50,382 bases of DNA. Source: a virus. Shown here in pieces: positions 48,751-50,382 of this stretch. Positions within the stretch are counted from its first letter, which is position 1. The number at the start of each line of letters is the position of its first letter. The translations under genes and the position numbers were made by a program. The notes beneath the pieces were generated by a model, which saw only the letters and a program-made list of their open reading frames with translations, was not told the DNA's origin and did no database searches. Location: the UHGV virus genome UHGV-1368299; one strand, given 5' to 3'.

Positions 48751-48810
48751 TTGTCGATGGAAAGATAATACCCGATCTACCTGACCGGGGTTTTAACAAA
48801 AAGTGCTATT
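48751..48810 (-). promoter_or_regulatory. cassette copy 12 (GTCGATGGAAAGATAATA + CCCGATCtacctGACCGGGG + TTTTAACAAAAAGTGCTATT)
   Basis: Full module. Confidence 0.6.
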
Positions 48811-49384
48811 GCTTGCCGTGCTGGCTGATATCGCTGGCGGTCAACCCAAGATCGATAGCCGCGAACAAGTTCGCCTTGTAAATCCCGGTCAGAGCATCCC
48901 CGGCGAAGTCTACGGCAAGAGCGGACACTAAACCCTTAATCCTTTCCCGCTCGGAGGTGGCGCCCTGCCGCCTGTATGCCTCAGCCTCCAGGTGCGAGCC
49001 AGTCATTGCGTCGAACTCGGTAAAGACGGAGATTAACCCCGCTCCCAGGCTAACGCGCAACACCTCGCCCGGCTCCATGAGTTTCAGCAACGGCCTGCGG
49101 AAATGGTTGTCGACCGGATTAACGCCGAACTTCTCCATGAACTCCTCCGCCGTCATCTGGATACTCCGCCCGCCATCCAGGAACATGCGCCGGATCTCGG
49201 ATGAGCGATTGCCAGTGAATGTGCCTTCCGTCTTCGCTGCTTCCTGGCTCCGTCCGGCTGGCCTGGTGGCGTCGCCAAACGTGATGGATTGCAGCCATTC
49301 ATGGTAAGCGGCTTGCTTTTCTGCGTCGTACCGCATCCACTCGGACACGTCGACTTCTTCGAACTCATAGCCTTTGTATTGCAT
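48806..49384 (-). CDS. hypothetical protein (192 aa), first gene of right-arm early operon
   Basis: GGGGGA SD; downstream of candidate promoter. Confidence 0.55.
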   Translation of the reverse strand: MQYKGYEFEEVDVSEWMRYDAEKQAAYHEWLQSITFGDATRPAGRSQEAAKTEGTFTGNRSSEIRRMFLDGGRSIQMTAEEFMEKFGVNPVDNHFRRPLLKLMEPGEVLRVSLGAGLISVFTEFDAMTGSHLEAEAYRRQGATSERERIKGLVSALAVDFAGDALTGIYKANLFAAIDLGLTASDISQHGKQ

Positions 49385-49431
49385 TTGTGTTTCCCCCACA
49401 CTTACGGCGTTTGGTAATGTTTCGGAAGGTG

Positions 49432-49460
49432 ATAATACAGGCCGCAGGCCTTGCCGTCAA
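49432..49460 (-). promoter_or_regulatory. candidate sigma70 early promoter TTGACG -N17- TATTAT (minus strand)
   Basis: Good -35/-10 with 17-nt spacer about 45 nt upstream of first early gene. Confidence 0.45.
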
Positions 49461-49720
49461 AGGGTTTCGGCGTGTTTGGTAAGATTTGCTGTCATCCCCT
49501 ATATATCCCTATATACATTTTTTCGCGGCGGAACATCTAAAAATTATGGCTTGCGCAAGGTGAATCCATAACATCCCCGGAGAAATCTTACCAAACATAT
49601 ATAAAGATAAAGAGTAATAATAATAATATTATTATTTATCATATACTTATATATCTATTATAGGCTTATATTGGTCACTTTTTGCGCAATTTTTAGGTAA
49701 GATTATTCCTCCCCCACACT
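49460..49720. repeat. AT-rich hub 2: GGTAAGAT iterons (inverted pair TTTGGTAAGATTT/AAATCTTACCAAA), CCCTATATA x2, inverted copy of the 45-bp element around AATAATAATATTATTATT
   Basis: Read directly; reverse complement of 49621..49666 matches 14283..14326 with 2-3 mismatches. Confidence 0.65.
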
Positions 49721-49837
49721 CCCACACGACGTAAATGTTGGCGAAACACAACTCGACGTTTTGCTGGCTTCGAACGGCAAATTGCGTGCATGGTGCATAC
49801 ATTTATGCAATTCGTTGCAAATCCTGAAACACTCCCA

Positions 49838-49965
49838 AAATCATTGCACAGAATGAAACAATCAAAAGCAATCATGATTCGTCAAAACTAATCACCAGGG
49901 AATCAGGTGCAATCACCATCTATTCCACTATTCCGAATCGGTGGAATAATCAGCAATCGCAGGAA
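49838..49965. repeat. AATCA motif repeated 7 times with about 10/21-bp phasing + 8-bp inverted repeat TATTCCAC/GTGGAATA
   Basis: Read directly; non-coding. Confidence 0.5.
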
Positions 49966-50043
49966 TAGCATTTTTTGTCAAAAGCCATCCGATCGGCTTT
50001 GCTATGATGACTTCAACGAAACGAATTGTAGTGGAGTGGAGCA

Positions 50044-50226
50044 ATGAGACTCAAAGAGAAAGACATAGCATATGAAAATGGAAAATTTTGGGTATTAAAA
50101 AACAAAGATGGTTTTCACGTGATGATCTCAGGAATTACACATAGTGTAAGTGACAGTTCATATCGTCAGTTAGATTTAGCAATTGCACGGTGTGATTATC
50201 TCGCAAGACGTGCAATGAGAAATTAG
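50044..50226 (+). CDS. hypothetical protein (60 aa)
   Basis: GGAG SD; candidate extended -10 TGCTATGAT at 50000-50008. Confidence 0.5.
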   Translation: MRLKEKDIAYENGKFWVLKNKDGFHVMISGITHSVSDSSYRQLDLAIARCDYLARRAMRN

Positions 50227-50382
50227 AATCTGAAACGATTCGGTTGGTTTAGTTATGGCTGTAGGTTCATGCGATCAAAGCAGTAAATTGCGGGAGTGGA
50301 TTGGGTACTCCTCATCGAAAAAAGGCGGGGATCATGAGGAAACGGCGAGCCGGGGAGGTGGTTTGCACCTGCGATGCTTACC

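Noticed and set aside
44094-48810. Reading the cassette TTGCTA ... TATTAT as an ordinary sigma70 promoter
   Set aside because: The spacer is 22-23 bp in every copy because the hairpin lies in between, outside the 16-19 bp range. Kept as an unusual regulatory module rather than called as a standard promoter.
50255-50382. ORF starting ATG 50255 running off the right edge
   Set aside because: No SD and Gly/Arg/Ser low-complexity product. Joining it to the left window edge does not give a coherent reading frame, so no evidence that the window ends join within a gene.

Overview
The window reads as a near-complete genome of a virulent, T1-like (Drexlerviridae-type) siphophage of enterobacteria. 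No integrase, attachment-site or CRISPR signal was seen, and no tRNA was recognisable by eye.

Gene layout, left to right:
- 1-4.7 kb (+): small early genes, including a C5-cytosine-methyltransferase-like protein and a 522-aa P-loop protein.
- 4.7-5.8 kb (-): lysis cassette with holin, R21-type SAR endolysin and a T1-style unimolecular spanin.
- 5.9-8.2 kb (-): a P-loop kinase translationally coupled to a T4-Pnk-like HAD phosphatase, followed by an HTH-metallophosphoesterase.
- 8.8-12.6 kb (-): Dam-type N6-adenine methyltransferase (NPPY motif), a Cor-like lipoprotein, a VRR-NUC nuclease and an SF2 DECH helicase.
- 12.6-16.9 kb (+): strong sigma70 promoter, Cro/YdaS-like HTH protein, zinc-ribbon/Toprim primase, PD-(D/E)XK exonuclease, Erf and SSB.
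- 17-21.6 kb (+): a 1554-aa tail fibre.
- 21.9-32.8 kb (-): lambda-like tail genes J, I, K, L, M, tape measure, G/GT chaperone pair and major tail protein.
- 32.9-42.1 kb (-): neck, major capsid, decoration, protease/scaffold, SPP1-gp7/Mu-F-like head protein, portal, TerL and TerS.
- 42.2-49.4 kb (-): about 20 small early genes.

Most interesting signals:
1. A conserved intergenic cassette in about 12 copies, always oriented with the genes: stop codon inside a 15-bp palindrome TAGCA-N5-TGCTA (20-mer TTTAGCAAWWMGTGCTATT), then a GC stem-loop, then a -10-like hexamer and CCCCATCGAAAC.
2. Two AT-rich non-coding hubs (14.1-14.6 kb and 49.4-49.7 kb) that share GGTAAGAT iterons and an inverted ~45-bp element built around the perfect palindrome AATAATAATATTATTATT.
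3. An AATCA-phased tract with an 8-bp inverted repeat near 49.8-50.0 kb, a candidate ori or pac site.
4. A G/GT tail-chaperone -1 frame overlap lacking a canonical slippery heptamer.
5. A possible frameshift at 4.45 kb and a promoter/RBS/terminator-equipped 29-codon ORF between the convergent fibre and J genes.
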